In this document: positions 25,880 to 37,535 of the stretch, piece after piece
Layout of the letters: each line of letters starts with the position of its first letter
How positions within the stretch are numbered: position 1 is the stretch's first letter
Origin: Catajapyx aquilonaris
Taxonomy: Eukaryota
NCBI GenBank assembly: GCA_000934665.2
Contig: KZ538004.1
Span: forward strand, 124,001-175,681
Direction of reading: 5' to 3'
DNA length: 51,681 bases
Translations under genes and position numbers: made by a program
The notes under the pieces: model-generated
The model's database searches: none
The model's input: the letters and a program-made list of their open reading frames with translations, nothing else
What the model was told of the DNA's origin: nothing

Positions 25880-26803
25880 CGTGAAAGGTGACTTACACCA
25901 GCAAATTCAATATCATTACGATTTTTCTTCGCGTGAAGGGAGTTATGGCGTTATTTATTTATTGCACGATTTATTGCATCGCAGCTTTTCCATGCTCGTT
26001 TACAACGAACGCTGACGGCATGGAGGCACTACTAACTTTATGACTGTTATGAACGATAGTGTTTTCAGACAACGCGTATGAAAACACGACCCATCACAAC
26101 GTGCCTTTTTCCGGTAGCATGGACACAGATATTGTACACTATGTACAGTATTCTACCGTGGAACTAGAGTGATAACGCTCACGGCATAATTATGTGCATT
26201 ACCTTACTAGCAGAAGCTCGTGATATGTGGTGATATGTAATGATCGATCTTACACGGAGATGGTCAGAATCACCAGCGAGTTCACCCTTGCTCTCGTAAA
26301 GAACAGAATTTCTTTGCTCAACTACTTTTTTGGGGGGCTATGGAAAAAGACCCTCATTTGTGGAATGTTCCGTACGGATATCACGATCAGAAAGGGCAGG
26401 ACAAAATAGCCACGAGTATGTTCCTGCCATCTGTCGGACAATTTGAAAACCTCAGCCAATGTGTTTTTTATTCATGGAATCATTTACTGTATAGTTTTAT
26501 CTGTATATAAAAAGTGACAATTCAGTTGGGGCTGACATAGATATTCACAAAAAGTTATGCAAAATGTAAACTTTGAAATTAAAACGAAAAAACTGAATAA
26601 TATTGATGAACTCCCAATATCAGGAGCCGGTAACTCAATCAGTCAATCTTGTGTATTACTTAATATCACGACAATTTTAATTTACCTGCCTTATTCCAGA
26701 TATTACCTGTATCTTTGTACTCTCTATTTTAACACGTTTTAGGGATCCTCTTATATTGATGGATTTGGATGGGGGGGAGGGGGGGGGGGATAGTTATCAA
26801 CTA

Positions 26804-27016
26804 CAGTCGACTCCAGATCACTCCAGATATAAGAGCCTCGGCTAAAAGCAACCCTTGGTTATAGCCTTTCCACCATGGTTATAGCCAACATTACTATAAA
26901 GGCGGGTCCAGGCATACTTCCATATATGCCAGCTGTGTATTTGGATATAGGAAACCTTTGTTATAGGATACTGATTTATGTGGTCCCTTTAATTCTCTCC
27001 TATCCCATGTCAACTG
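26804..27016. mobile_element. Tigger-like MITE
   Basis: TA|CAGTCGAC...GTCAACTG|TA with subterminal (G)GTTATAG/GATATA motifs. Confidence 0.6.
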
Positions 27017-27558
27017 TATTTCCACATGAGAAAATTATCTGGCCAAGCTGGAGATTGAACTCAGGTCCTCAGAAGCAAAAGGCGGTGGCACTAACCACTA
27101 TCACACTGTTATGCACAGTTCACATTCTTGCATTATTAATATTATTGTTAAGTTATAGCAATATGAAAATAAAACTATACACCTACCTGGAAAGTTGATA
27201 TAGCAAAATTAACTGCAAAGCATATAGCATAAATCATATTGAAATGTTAAGTGAACATCAAGTGAATGGTCAGCACTGGACATTCACTGAATATATTTCT
27301 GTATTAAACTAAGGATATGACTGCTGCTTAACTATCATTGTGATGGGCAGGTATACCTTACTAATACGCCAAGTTCGGTTCCAGAATACTGTCATAATTT
27401 GAATCACAGGGATTTCCACTTGTTAACAAATAAAAGCCTTGAAACATGTTTACACTATCATATATTAAGTGCACAATAAGACTAGGCTGGAAAAAACAAT
27501 GTAAAAGTAAAATTACAAGGGCCGCACCAAAATGATCTACAAATAAAGGGCTCATGCA

Positions 27559-28129
27559 GGTATGCAGATAGGCACGAATCTACGACAACTGACCGCAGGT
27601 CAACTGACTGTCGTGTCAACTGGCTGCCTGGCAACTGGTCGCAGGTTGTTTGGAACACCGACAGTGTTGGCAAACAGGATTGACTGGTGTGCATCAAATC
27701 GTCCATAATGAAAAATTCATTAAACACGAGGGCACAATTACGTATATCAGCGTCAGGTTGAAGGTTGGCAAAGCCGCAATAATGTTCATTGGCCACAAGA
27801 CGGACAGTATTGGTGCGGTCACCCCAAAGCCATGCAGATGACACCAACACAACGGGCATAGCCTTTTTCGTTATTAGCCTAAAGGTCAAGTTGCATTTAT
27901 ATACTCTGCTTTACATTACTGCAAAACTCTTATGTCAACAGCCATTTGATCCAGTAATTCTGACCACAGTCAGTTTAATCAGCAACCAAAAGGCAGCAAC
28001 TATTTTTACATTTTTATTTCAGCCAAATGGCACAGCAACCAGTTGACCTACGGCCACTTGCCAGGCAACCAGTTGACCTGTGGTCAGTTGTCTGACAGCC
28101 AGTTGACATACAGGCAGCTGTCAGGATAC
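27559..28129. mobile_element. Degenerate MITE with inverted arrays of CAACTG(A/G)C subterminal repeats (possibly Mutator-like)
   Basis: Tandem CAACTGAC/CAACTGGC units at 27586-27640 are mirrored by CAGTTGAC units at 28040-28120. No clear TSD. Confidence 0.5.
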
Positions 28130-28167
28130 CGACACATTATTGACAGAATCCTCCTGGAGCTGAATGA

Positions 28168-28616
28168 TCAGGAGTCATGGGTGTGACAACCTCTCCAGGC
28201 CTTCCAGGAACCACTTTTTGGTGATGCGGCGCACCCACTCCCGGACAACTGATTACAGTCAACAATGTCCTCGAAATGTCATCGGCAAAAGGTTTTTTTT
28301 CTTTTCTTCATGGTTCCAAACAGGTGAGAGTCGCTGGGGGCCAGGCCGGGGAATTACGGGAGGTATGGAAGCATCCAAATCATGATCCATGGAAAAAAAA
28401 CCCTTCGCCGACGCCATTTCCACAACATTGTTGACTGTTGTTGACTGTGAGCAGTTGTCCAGGAGTGAGTGCACTGCACCACCAAAATGTGGTTCCTGGA
28501 GTGGCTGGAGAGGTTGTCAAACCCGTGGTACCAGTGCATTCGGTTATGTGTGCCTATATGGACCCTATATTTTTGGCACAAAAAAAATAGTGTAAATCAT
28601 TTTGGTACAGCCCTCA
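28168..28616. mobile_element. Mariner 3'-end remnant present as an inverted duplication
   Basis: The minus strand encodes LAPSDSHLFGTMKK (YSPDLAPSD motif); ~28170-28300 is mirrored at ~28395-28530; ends ...CAGCCCTCATA. Confidence 0.75.
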
Positions 28617-29317
28617 TATTATCCATAAAAATGTCCAGCTGATGTGCATGTGCATGGCAAGAAGTGAAAACAATGAAAATTAAAATAACCGATTAGCGCT
28701 GTCGTAGCGAAGCGAAGCATCATAAAGTTAGCTATGCCTGTACTGTATAACTTGACAATGGAGTACAACAAGCAGAGGCCTCGAAACTTCAAAAATTATT
28801 CACCACCAGGTGCTAACACATATAAGTAGCTTGATCAAATGAAACTTGTCCCATACAAATTTTAAAACTTAGCATTTGGGATGCCCTTTGAGAGGACAGT
28901 TACTCATAACTTCAGACAGTTTGTCAATAGGTGGAGGAGTGGAGAATTGGACAGCAGTTGTGTGAAGATGTTGGTGCACCTTCAGAAATTCTCCAAGGAG
29001 GAGTAGGGGGCTCTTATGAACTCTGCAATAAATCATTTAAAAATAATAATTAGATAGTACTTCTACACATATTCTGCCAAGGGAACATGCATTATTCCTT
29101 GCAGTAGACATTAGTTCTGCTTGCTGCAAAGGACATGGCACAAATCTTATGGGAAAAGTTGCGCCGGTTGGATTTGGCTGAAACTTGGTCAGTTGATAGA
29201 CCTTGACCTGAGGGTCAATTGTTCTGAAGGCCGAAAAAAATCTACCGTGCCGTTTGGCCGCTAGAGGTGCTCAAAGTCTGAACTTCAGGTGGCTCCTATC
29301 AGGCTCATTTTCATGTA

Positions 29318-29840
29318 CAGGGTGGGGCAAAAGTCATGGGCAGATAAAAACGACGCAGCATGGCATAAGTAACAAAGGATAATGTTTTTTTTAAAAATTA
29401 CACTGCACAGAGAAAGATATGCCATTTATGAATCAAGGTCCACAAAAGTCACTTCTTGAAAACAACACCGGATAGATGCCCACCTTTGCAGGCAACACAT
29501 TCCTCCAAGCGCCGAACGAAACCCTTCATAACGCACTCCAGCATGTCCAGGAGAATGTCTCTCACGGCATGTCTTATCTGATCCTTACAATGAGCCAATG
29601 ACTGAGGACGTGTGGCGAACACCAAACTCTTCAGGTACCCCCACATGAAGAAGTCGGGGGTGGTCAAATCCGGCAACTGCGGTGGCTGTGAAATGTCCCC
29701 AAATCTCGAAATGACCCGCCCGGGAAACACTTGATTCTAATTTGTTTGGTGTTCGCCACACGTCCTCAGTCATTGGCTGATCTTAAGGATCAGATAAGAC
29801 ATGCTGTGAGAAACATTCCCCTGGACATGCTGGAGCACAA
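29318..29840 (-). pseudogene. maT/Tc3-like transposase C-terminal remnant with TIR and partial inverted duplication
   Basis: FPGRVISRFGDI..PP..PDLTTPDFFMWGYLKSLVF...RRLEECVACKGGHL; TA|CAGGGTGG end at 29318; 29530-29625 is mirrored at 29748-29838. Confidence 0.85.
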
Positions 29841-30107
29841 ACACAGAATAATTCGCTCACCCTGAAAATGCAACCACTTGAGATATGGAAAAGAGGAAAA
29901 GGGCAACAATTGTGCACTTATAGGGTGTTGAGACGTTGCTACGTAGCCTACAGACGGGCATCTAGCACACGCAATAATTGCACTGTCATGTCTCTTCTTG
30001 CACACATATCATCCAAATCAATGTGGGTTTAAAATGCATGACAGGAGAAAGACGCATTCTTCACTGCATGCATTGCATTGAATGAATTAGCTCAGGTTCA
30101 ATAGGTA

Positions 30108-30980
30108 AGGGAGATCGGGGTCCATTGTAACACTTTTTAGTCTGGATTTTTAAATTCAGTTACATATGCATTTAGGCAAAGGTTTATGATATGGTGTAAA
30201 TAAGGCATCATTCCTTTGTAAAATTGACATTATAAAATCTTAATATTAAAAATTGATAGATTTATTAATTTTTTCCAAGGCAACGCAGAGTGTTACAACC
30301 GACCCCATCATACGGGCGGTTGTAACAGAGGGCGGGGTCGCTTGTAACACTATGTCTTAAGGGGAAAATGTAATACGGAAGAACAGTTTACACCCACTCA
30401 TCTTCTCGACAATAATTGTCTTATAGCCTACTTGATCCACCTAGACGACTCTTTATCTCTCGATACACTGGAATTTATTCAGCAGATAAGTATGACAAGA
30501 ATATGGATTTTATATCCATGTAAATTGTCGACAACTGGTTATATGAGGTTTTATTGCACAAAATAATAACTATTTCTACTCTCAATATCCTGTGACATAT
30601 CTAGCTATAACATTTGTACACAGACTTAGGGCAGCACGGTGGTGTAGTAGTTAGCGCCAAAGCCTACCACATCTAAGGACCCTAGTTTGATCCCCGGATC
30701 GGACAGAGGATGCTTATGTGGATCGAGTTTCGATGGGTTCTCTCCGTGTTCGCGTGGGTTTTCTTGGGGTTCTCCAATTTCCTCCCACTATCAAAATCCA
30801 TCACAGCAAAGGCAATGATTAAAGTCGGTCAATTAAAAAGATGATCCCCTAAAAAGCCCAAGGTGGCTTATCACAGGGTATCCATTATTATTGTACACAG
30901 ACTTGACCTTTCTCCCATGATTTTACCATGTTACAACTGACCCCAAGGACAAGGAAGCTGTTACAACTGTCCCCATTGTG
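30108..30980. mobile_element. Degenerate pogo/Fot1-like DNA element hosting a V-SINE
   Basis: TA|AGGGAGATCGGGGTCCATTGTAACAC start and recurring TGTTACAAC.G(A/T)CCCCA motifs in both orientations (30117, 30291, 30334, 30929, 30959). Confidence 0.45.
30628..30890 (+). mobile_element. Full-length V-domain SINE (family B)
   Basis: tRNA-like head (GGTGGTGTAGTAGTTAGCGC...AGTTTGATCCCC), V-domain-like core, short ATT tail, and a 14-bp TSD TTGTACACAGACTT (30614-30627, 30891-30904). Confidence 0.9.
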
Positions 30981-31472
30981 TGTTGTCTTGTAGATATGCA
31001 CAAAATATTGTCAGTATATCCTGACATCCCCACTAGCAGCTCCAATCACAGGTTCTAGATGGGCGAGAATCCCATCATAAACAGCTGTGCATTTGTCTGG
31101 TGCAAACGGGACGCCCACCACTTAAAGTTAAAATAATTCTTCAGACTTTGAGGTACTTTAGACGCTTACAACAGATGGTGCCAGAAAGACTCCCGAAAAA
31201 AGCGCTCTTATATTTAATGTTAGAATCCAGCGCCCCCCCCCCCCCAGAAATATAACTGGGTCAAAAAACTTGATAGTATTATCAGCCAATATGGCCAAAC
31301 GATAGGAATCTTTGTATCAATCGAGGATAATGTATGGCTACAAAAGTATTGGATATTGGCCCAAACAATGATGGATAATGAAATATTGCATGACGTCAGT
31401 TGTTTAAAAAAAGTCCAAATTAAATTATGACAAATGCCTAGCATATGATAATTTCTGATATAGCCTTTTATA

Positions 31473-32053
31473 CAGGGTGGTCGGTAAATGGCGCACAAGC
31501 TTCAGGTAGCGAGATTCCTTGTGAAAAACCAGTATATGGAAGTGTAGGTCATATTGCTCTACGATGCCTGGTTAGGGCTCACGAGGCCTCCAAAATTTGG
31601 GCCAAATCATGACGTCACATCCGCCCACGAAATTCAAACAGTACCGTATCGCTTCTGTCTGCGGTGCGTTGCCAGGGGTTGCCATGTGGACATCCCCCAC
31701 ATATCCACACAACAATGGAACCGTATAAACTGGCTGGGACGTTGCCAGGCATTGCCATACCGTCGTCGCCGCGTGCCTGGCAACGTTCCTGCGGGTTTAT
31801 ACGGTTCCATTGTTTGGTGAACATGTGGGTGATGTCAACATGGCAACGCCTAGCAACACGCCGCGGACGGTTAGCGATACGGTAGTGTTTGAATTTCGTG
31901 GGCGGATGTGACGTCATGATTTGGCCCAAACTTTGGAGGCCTCGTGAGCCCTAACCAGGCATCGTAGGGCAATATGACCTGCACTCCCATATACTGTTTT
32001 TTCACCAGGAATCTCGCTACCTGAAGCTTGTGCGCCATTTACCGACCACCCTG
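31473..32053. mobile_element. Almost fully palindromic Tc1/mariner-type MITE
   Basis: TA|CAGGGTGGTCGGTAAATGGCGCACAAGC ... GCTTGTGCGCCATTTACCGACCACCCTG|TA; the arms pair over ~280 bp. Confidence 0.92.
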
Positions 32054-32079
32054 TATGTTAGAAATGTGGGATTTTACAT

Positions 32080-32350
32080 TGTGTAGGATGCTCGCCTGTT
32101 TGAGAACCAGTGCAAACTGGTTTCCACTTGGGAGATAATTGCCATGTAAAAATTCACCTCCTGAGCGTCTGTTCCTTAAATGTAACTCTAATTTGCCTGA
32201 AGACTGGTTCCACATGATTTACGAGTGTCAAATGTTTGATGGGGGAAGAACAACCTATCTACTGAATTTTCCCAACGTGCCTAGGAATGATTTTGCTTCT
32301 TTGTTTGTTACCCCACCAAAAGACAAAACCAAAGCTCTGTACTATTACTT
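32080..32350 (+). pseudogene. Non-LTR retrotransposon RT C-terminal remnant
   Basis: RMLACLRTS...LKCNSNLPEDWFHMIYECQMFDGGR resembles the LINE 3' CCHC region; internal stop. Confidence 0.55.
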
Positions 32351-32352
32351 GA

Positions 32353-32899
32353 TATCAGAGTCACGGGTCAAGAGCGCGAGGGGGTGGGGAAAAATCGTAT
32401 GCGACAACAACCCCGGTCGGTTTTATAAAACAATTAGAAATACGGCAGTCATCAATTTATTTATTACGGCCGTACGGTGTGACGTCACATCCTTTCTGTA
32501 TTCGAATTGACCGGCGCGGACTGGCATATTCAGTGGTTTCAACCTGGTTGAACGGGTTTTTAGGCTTGCAGGTTGCACTGAAAAAGGCGCTCTCATGCTA
32601 TACCGGGAGGGTACTGCACAAAGTAGTGTACTACTGTACAGTGGTGTGTTCAGTACCCTGCCGGTACCCTGCCGCAAAGGTAAAAACCCATTCAACCAGG
32701 TTGAAACCACTGGATCTGCCAGTCTGCGCCGGGCAATTCGAATACAGAAAGGATGTGACGTCACGCCTTACGGCCGTAATAAATAAATTGATAACTGCCG
32801 TATTTCTAATTGTTTTATAAAACCGACCAGGGTTGTCGCCACCTACTTTTCCCCCCCACCCCCTCGCGCACGCTAGATCCGTCACTCTGATACACCCTG
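32353..32899. mobile_element. Palindromic Tc1/mariner-type MITE, left tip truncated
   Basis: TATCAGAGTCACGG... is mirrored by ...CCGTCACTCTGATACACCCTG|TA; mirror ORFs 32423-32764(-) and 32479-32820(+). Confidence 0.88.
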
Positions 32900-33050
32900 T
32901 ATGTGGCCAAGTGGCACCTCAACCTGTAAAATTATGTCAAACTACCTATTATGTTCCATTGTCCTCCCCTTCCCCCAGTTGGTTGTAAAATCATCTTTCT
33001 GGTTGCAACATTGTTTCTTCCAGCCCCCGGACACTACCCCTACAATCTTA

Positions 33051-33352
33051 TCTTATCGCCTGCCGGGGCGTTTTGCATGAGATGCTCACTTGAGAGCGCC
33101 ATGAGACCTTTCACTGCTACATTATGTGGCGACCCTACTGGACAGCGCTGAACTTAGGTAGAAGGGAAGCCGCTACATGCGGGCCCAACATGGGCGCCGG
33201 CGACCATGTTGGGTCCCCCAATCCAGCTCTTCCCTTTTGTACCTATAAAGTTCAGCGTAGTCCGGTAGGGTCTCCACGTAATGTAGCAGTGAAAGGTCTC
33301 ACGGCGCTCTCAAGTGAGCACCTCATGCAAAACGCCCCGGCAGGAGATAAGA
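33051..33352. mobile_element. Fold-back MITE (~120-bp arms)
   Basis: TCTTATCGCCTGCCGGGGCGTTTTGCATGAG... / ...CTCATGCAAAACGCCCCGGCAGGAGATAAGA. Confidence 0.85.
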
Positions 33353-33399
33353 GGGAGTGACCAGACCTTAGTATTCTAAGACCATGGTTCCTTCTTATA

Positions 33400-33791
33400 C
33401 AGGGTGGACCAACTTCAAGTGTCATTTAATAACGGCTATTAATAGAAGTGCTTTACGATTGACGTAGCAGCGACGTGTAAAATGGCCCACTTCGGCGCCA
33501 TCGAAAATATTAGCTGTTTCGTTTGCAGGCTTCCCCCTTGCATTACAGGTCCATGGTCCATCTGGTGCCTTGGACGTCACCCATTTCACCCAGGCGCATC
33601 GCAGGTCATGTGTGCACCTCCTTTTTTCCAGGTCAACCCAGCAGCAGGGTTGATTACATGTGTGCTGCTATTGGCAGCTAATATTTTCGATGGCGCCGAA
33701 GTGGGACATTTTACACGTCGCTGCTACGTCATCGCAAAATCACTGGTATTAATCGCCGTTATAAAACGACACTTGAAGTTGGTCCACCCTG
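33400..33791. mobile_element. Tc1/mariner-type MITE with ~118-bp TIRs
   Basis: TA|CAGGGTGGACCAACTTCAAGTGTC ... GACACTTGAAGTTGGTCCACCCTG|TA. Confidence 0.92.
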
Positions 33792-33959
33792 TATATCCTG
33801 TGCTGGTTCTGTGCTCCGGCCCCAGGACACTGGGCATCGGGTGTGATAATGTCAAACATCTATTTACTTCCAAGCAGGGACCCCTCTTACTATCATTAGT
33901 GTTCTAAAATGTATGGGATGTAAGTCCCTCATTACGTCGATGCAATGAGGTAAAATAAA

Positions 33960-34860
33960 TTGATTGATTGAATTGAAATTGATTTGTCTGGTGTGAAGCT
34001 GTCCCAGACTTCACAAGGTTTCTGTGTCATTGACTGCACAGTGCATGGACGAATGTGCCTGAGGAGCTGCTTCATTTTTGTACAAACAGTTTCAATGGGA
34101 TTCAGGTCCAGGCTGCTGGGCGGCCACAGCAATGTAGCAATGTCATAGTCTTCCAGCGACTTCTTCATGGCTTTGTTGCATGACAGGATGCCCCATCCTG
34201 CTGGAAGAGGATGTCTCCCAATGGCCGTAGCTTCGGAATCAAAGGATCCTTCCTCAGGATTGCATGGTATTATGGAGAGTTCACCCTCCTTTCAACAATT
34301 TGTCAACTCCCGATGTCACTTCTCCTCCATTTAAACCCCTATTAACTTGGATGCTGTGTATGCAAGAGGAGCTGTTACAGTGCAATCATAGGGGTTATGT
34401 GCCCCTCTGTACATAGGCAACCTCCCAACACTCTATTCATGAGCATTTAAGGGAGACGAAGTGGCGCTGCGGTAACATATGCGCCCACGGATGTTAAGGT
34501 CCCGGGTTTGATCCCAGCCCTTCATCTCGAGCAGAGTCAGGCCGTCTCTGGCTTCATCTCGGGTGGTATTTCCGATAAGACAAACCACCCGGGGGAGTTC
34601 ACAAAACGACCACACCCAAGACATTTCACTGCACCTTGCACATCCCCTCCTGCCATCCTGTCCGTGGGCCCGGGCGTTTCAAAAATCAAGGTCCCACTGT
34701 ACCATGTACAATAAAAGATACAATAAAGGTCCGTGCCTCAGACCCCAAGAGGGTCAGGCACTACCCAAGGAAGGATATTCATGAGCATTTATTGCTCCCT
34801 TTCCTTTTTCCAAATCTCGAGTGGCTGCATTTACAGAATGAGCAAATTAGTTTGTGTTTG
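33960..34860 (-). pseudogene. Tc1 (DD34E) transposase remnant plus 5' non-coding end, interrupted by a SINE
   Basis: FQQDG..CH..K.MKKSLEDYDIATLLWPPSSLDLNPIE motif. The 5' segment (34325-34449 + 34792-34860) has an inverted homologue at 29838-30040. Confidence 0.8.
34450..34775 (+). mobile_element. SINE family A copy
   Basis: A/B boxes, shared body, and a 16-bp TSD TATTCATGAGCATTTA (34434-34449, 34776-34791). Confidence 0.92.
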
Positions 34861-34913
34861 GGAAAGTATTATTGAAGCCTTGCAGCACATACAGACCGGG
34901 GACATGGCATGGG

Positions 34914-35056
34914 CAGTGCCATCTCAAGGGATGGCCAATGGGGACCCAAAATTGGCGAATCTCGAATGAAAAATTTTGAAATTTAAAATTTAGTATTGAA
35001 AAGGGCCCCCACAAATGATCGGGCCCAGAGCCCCCGAACATGTTAAGATGCCATTG
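34914..35056. mobile_element. Small hAT-like MITE
   Basis: CAGTGCCATCTCAA ... TTAAGATGCCATTG termini with GGGCCC subterminal motifs; the TSD is only partial. Confidence 0.45.
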
Positions 35057-35157
35057 CCTTTGGGTGTTTGCTTTGGTGTTTTCTCCCGTCGGCTGGTAGG
35101 CCCAGGCATTCTTGGAATGACAGAGTAGCAGTAGCGGGGCAAGTGTACCCAGCCGCT

Positions 35158-35158
<1 letters not shown>

Positions 35159-35201
<43 letters not shown>
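35159..35201. repeat. (CT)n microsatellite
   Basis: Direct dinucleotide repeat. Confidence 0.95.
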
Positions 35202-35204
<3 letters not shown>

Positions 35205-35639
35205 CCCCGTTCCCCCCATGGCCCTGCATATGGCTATGCCCTGTGCATACCTTATAGTGCTTATACCCTGCAAGGCACCCAAGGTTCAACAAAAAAAAAG
35301 CTTTCATATGTTTCATATATAATGTGCACAAGCACAAACACTGTGGGTTATCATGATTGACGTTAACCCCAAGGGGGGAAGAACATCAAGTTTGGTAAGC
35401 CTTTGCACTTCTAATGCATGCCATGCCAAATATTTCCTCATAGTACGAACTGCCTTTGCACACTCTGCTCTCCTAGCGTATACCCTGCCATTTTATTTTT
35501 TTGCGACACCCCTGGTCGTGCCCCTGGTATTGCTTCCCTCAGCGGCCATCATGCGACCAAGTATACAGCTTCATTACAGCAACGCCGGATATACCATGCC
35601 ACTCATGTACGACTAGGTTTTCTGTTAGGTTCAATGCAT

Positions 35640-35910
35640 CGTCGTTATGCAAATTGCTTACCGGTACTAGGTTCACAACGTGAAGCACGCGGACAGGGCT
35701 GGAAGTCTTGGATTGTTCTCGAACCGTCCTAAACAGCCGGCTTCGAACTTGAACACAGGCACTTTCGGAACAAAAGGGGAGTTTACAACTTTACATAACC
35801 CCCTTTTTTGGAGGGAAAAAGTTACTATCCACTCTCCCAATGAAATCGGGGAACGAATGCTTGTTGTCCAATCCTCAGGTTTGTTACTAGGTGACGCATG
35901 CGTGATTTGA
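35640..35910 (+). promoter_or_regulatory. Candidate TMEM104 promoter region
   Basis: Last CpG-retaining patch before the CpG-poor gene body; NRF1/Ewg-like palindrome ACGCATGCGT at 35894-35903. Confidence 0.3.
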
Positions 35911-37535
35911 TACCTGACAATGAGCATATTTGGCACCACTGCTTTTCAACGTGCTATAAAATTACAAGAATAACTCAACATTATTTTTAATTCCTAGACA
36001 TATTTAACTTATAAAATTAACGAGTAAAGTGTAATCGTATTTTGTTTGAAAGTGTTGTTATCTACTATTGCATTTGGTACCAATGATGACCAGGTCGGGG
36101 GTGTCAGGTCTGGAGGATAAAGATGTCTGCTGTAGAGCAGACAGCTTGTGCAGGCATCCCATTGTGGTGGAATCTTATCTGCTGTGGGGCTCAAACCCCA
36201 TGTTAACTTGGTGCGTGGTAGCCTTGCATGCTATTGTTCTTGTCTCTAGTGGATGATAAAAAGGAGATAAAAGAATAAAATGACATGTACTATAGTTGCA
36301 GTAGTAATTTTGATTTTTGGCCGGAGGTTTGTGTGTGATATGTGCTTTGCTTTAGCTGGGAATTAGGAAATATATTGATGAACTTAAGTACTGAGTGGGA
36401 AAATGCATTGAAAGCAGATGTGTGATGTCGCTGTTAATATTGAAAGGTGTATGAAACCAATTGACTAAATTAATTTTAGTCTTGGAGAAACTTTGATCAT
36501 TATGCTGTTTGTAACTGTAGCCAGTTGTTGTAATAATGTGGCTCATTGACCTGAAGCTGACAAATTGAATGGTAAAATATGGGATTGTAGGTGTACAGAA
36601 GAAATTCTCCTTAGATGTCCAAAAAACCAGTTTTGAGATCATCCAAAGCTGCACAGATTTGACCTTGCACTTGCTTGCATGCTAATGAAGACAGAAAATC
36701 CTTGCATGTTGGCTCATTATGAATTGTTAGGACTAAATAGAGTTCACCAGGTGATAGAACAGCAAAGAATATTACCAGTACTCAATAGTGTAAATAACTC
36801 GAAACCAACAAAATTGGACTTAGTGGATTTCACTTGTATTGCTGCTGACAATGTGTAATGTAATGTGTTACGTAGGTGTGCTGTGCTTTTTTCTTAGAAT
36901 GGTAAGTGGCATTTTTTAAAACAGAAATAGTGCGGGTAGTGGGGGAGCTTGCAGTGGGACGAAAATTCCACACAGTGTATTTAGCCAAATACCTCGTATA
37001 CATGCAATGGCATGGTACATTATTGTAGTTGCTTGTGTCACATATGCTGACTTATACAATATAGTGTTGTACAGACCCATAGAATTTTTTTCTTCTCTTT
37101 TTTACCTGAGGACACATAATAGTAGGAAAGTATGTTTTGTACCCTTAGTGGGTCTCATGATAACATCTTACCTTTTATGTTTCATAATTTTTAGAGGCAT
37201 TCTCAAAAAATTACGGCAATACAGTATTTGCCTGTCTGATACATGATGTCGGACCCAATCACTGGGGGAATCCCTGTGGAAATCTGTTGCAATGATTGGG
37301 TCCTTGAATATACACATGTTCCTCAAGGAGTCCCCTGAATAGCATGCACAACCAACAATGACAGGCTCATTTCCAATATTTTTTGTTGTTGTTAATCCAG
37401 TGATAGGATTAGTGGAGTTATTTAAACAGGAGAGTCAGTGATAACTTGATAGGCAAAAGCCACAGAGTTTCTGGAAAAATTCTACTGTTTGCGGGAAAAA
37501 TATTTTATCCATAAAAACATTTTTATGGCAGTAAC

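Noticed and set aside
29254..29272. CTCF site TGGCCGCTAGAGGTGCTC
   Set aside because: Deviates from the core consensus and lies in probable transposon debris.
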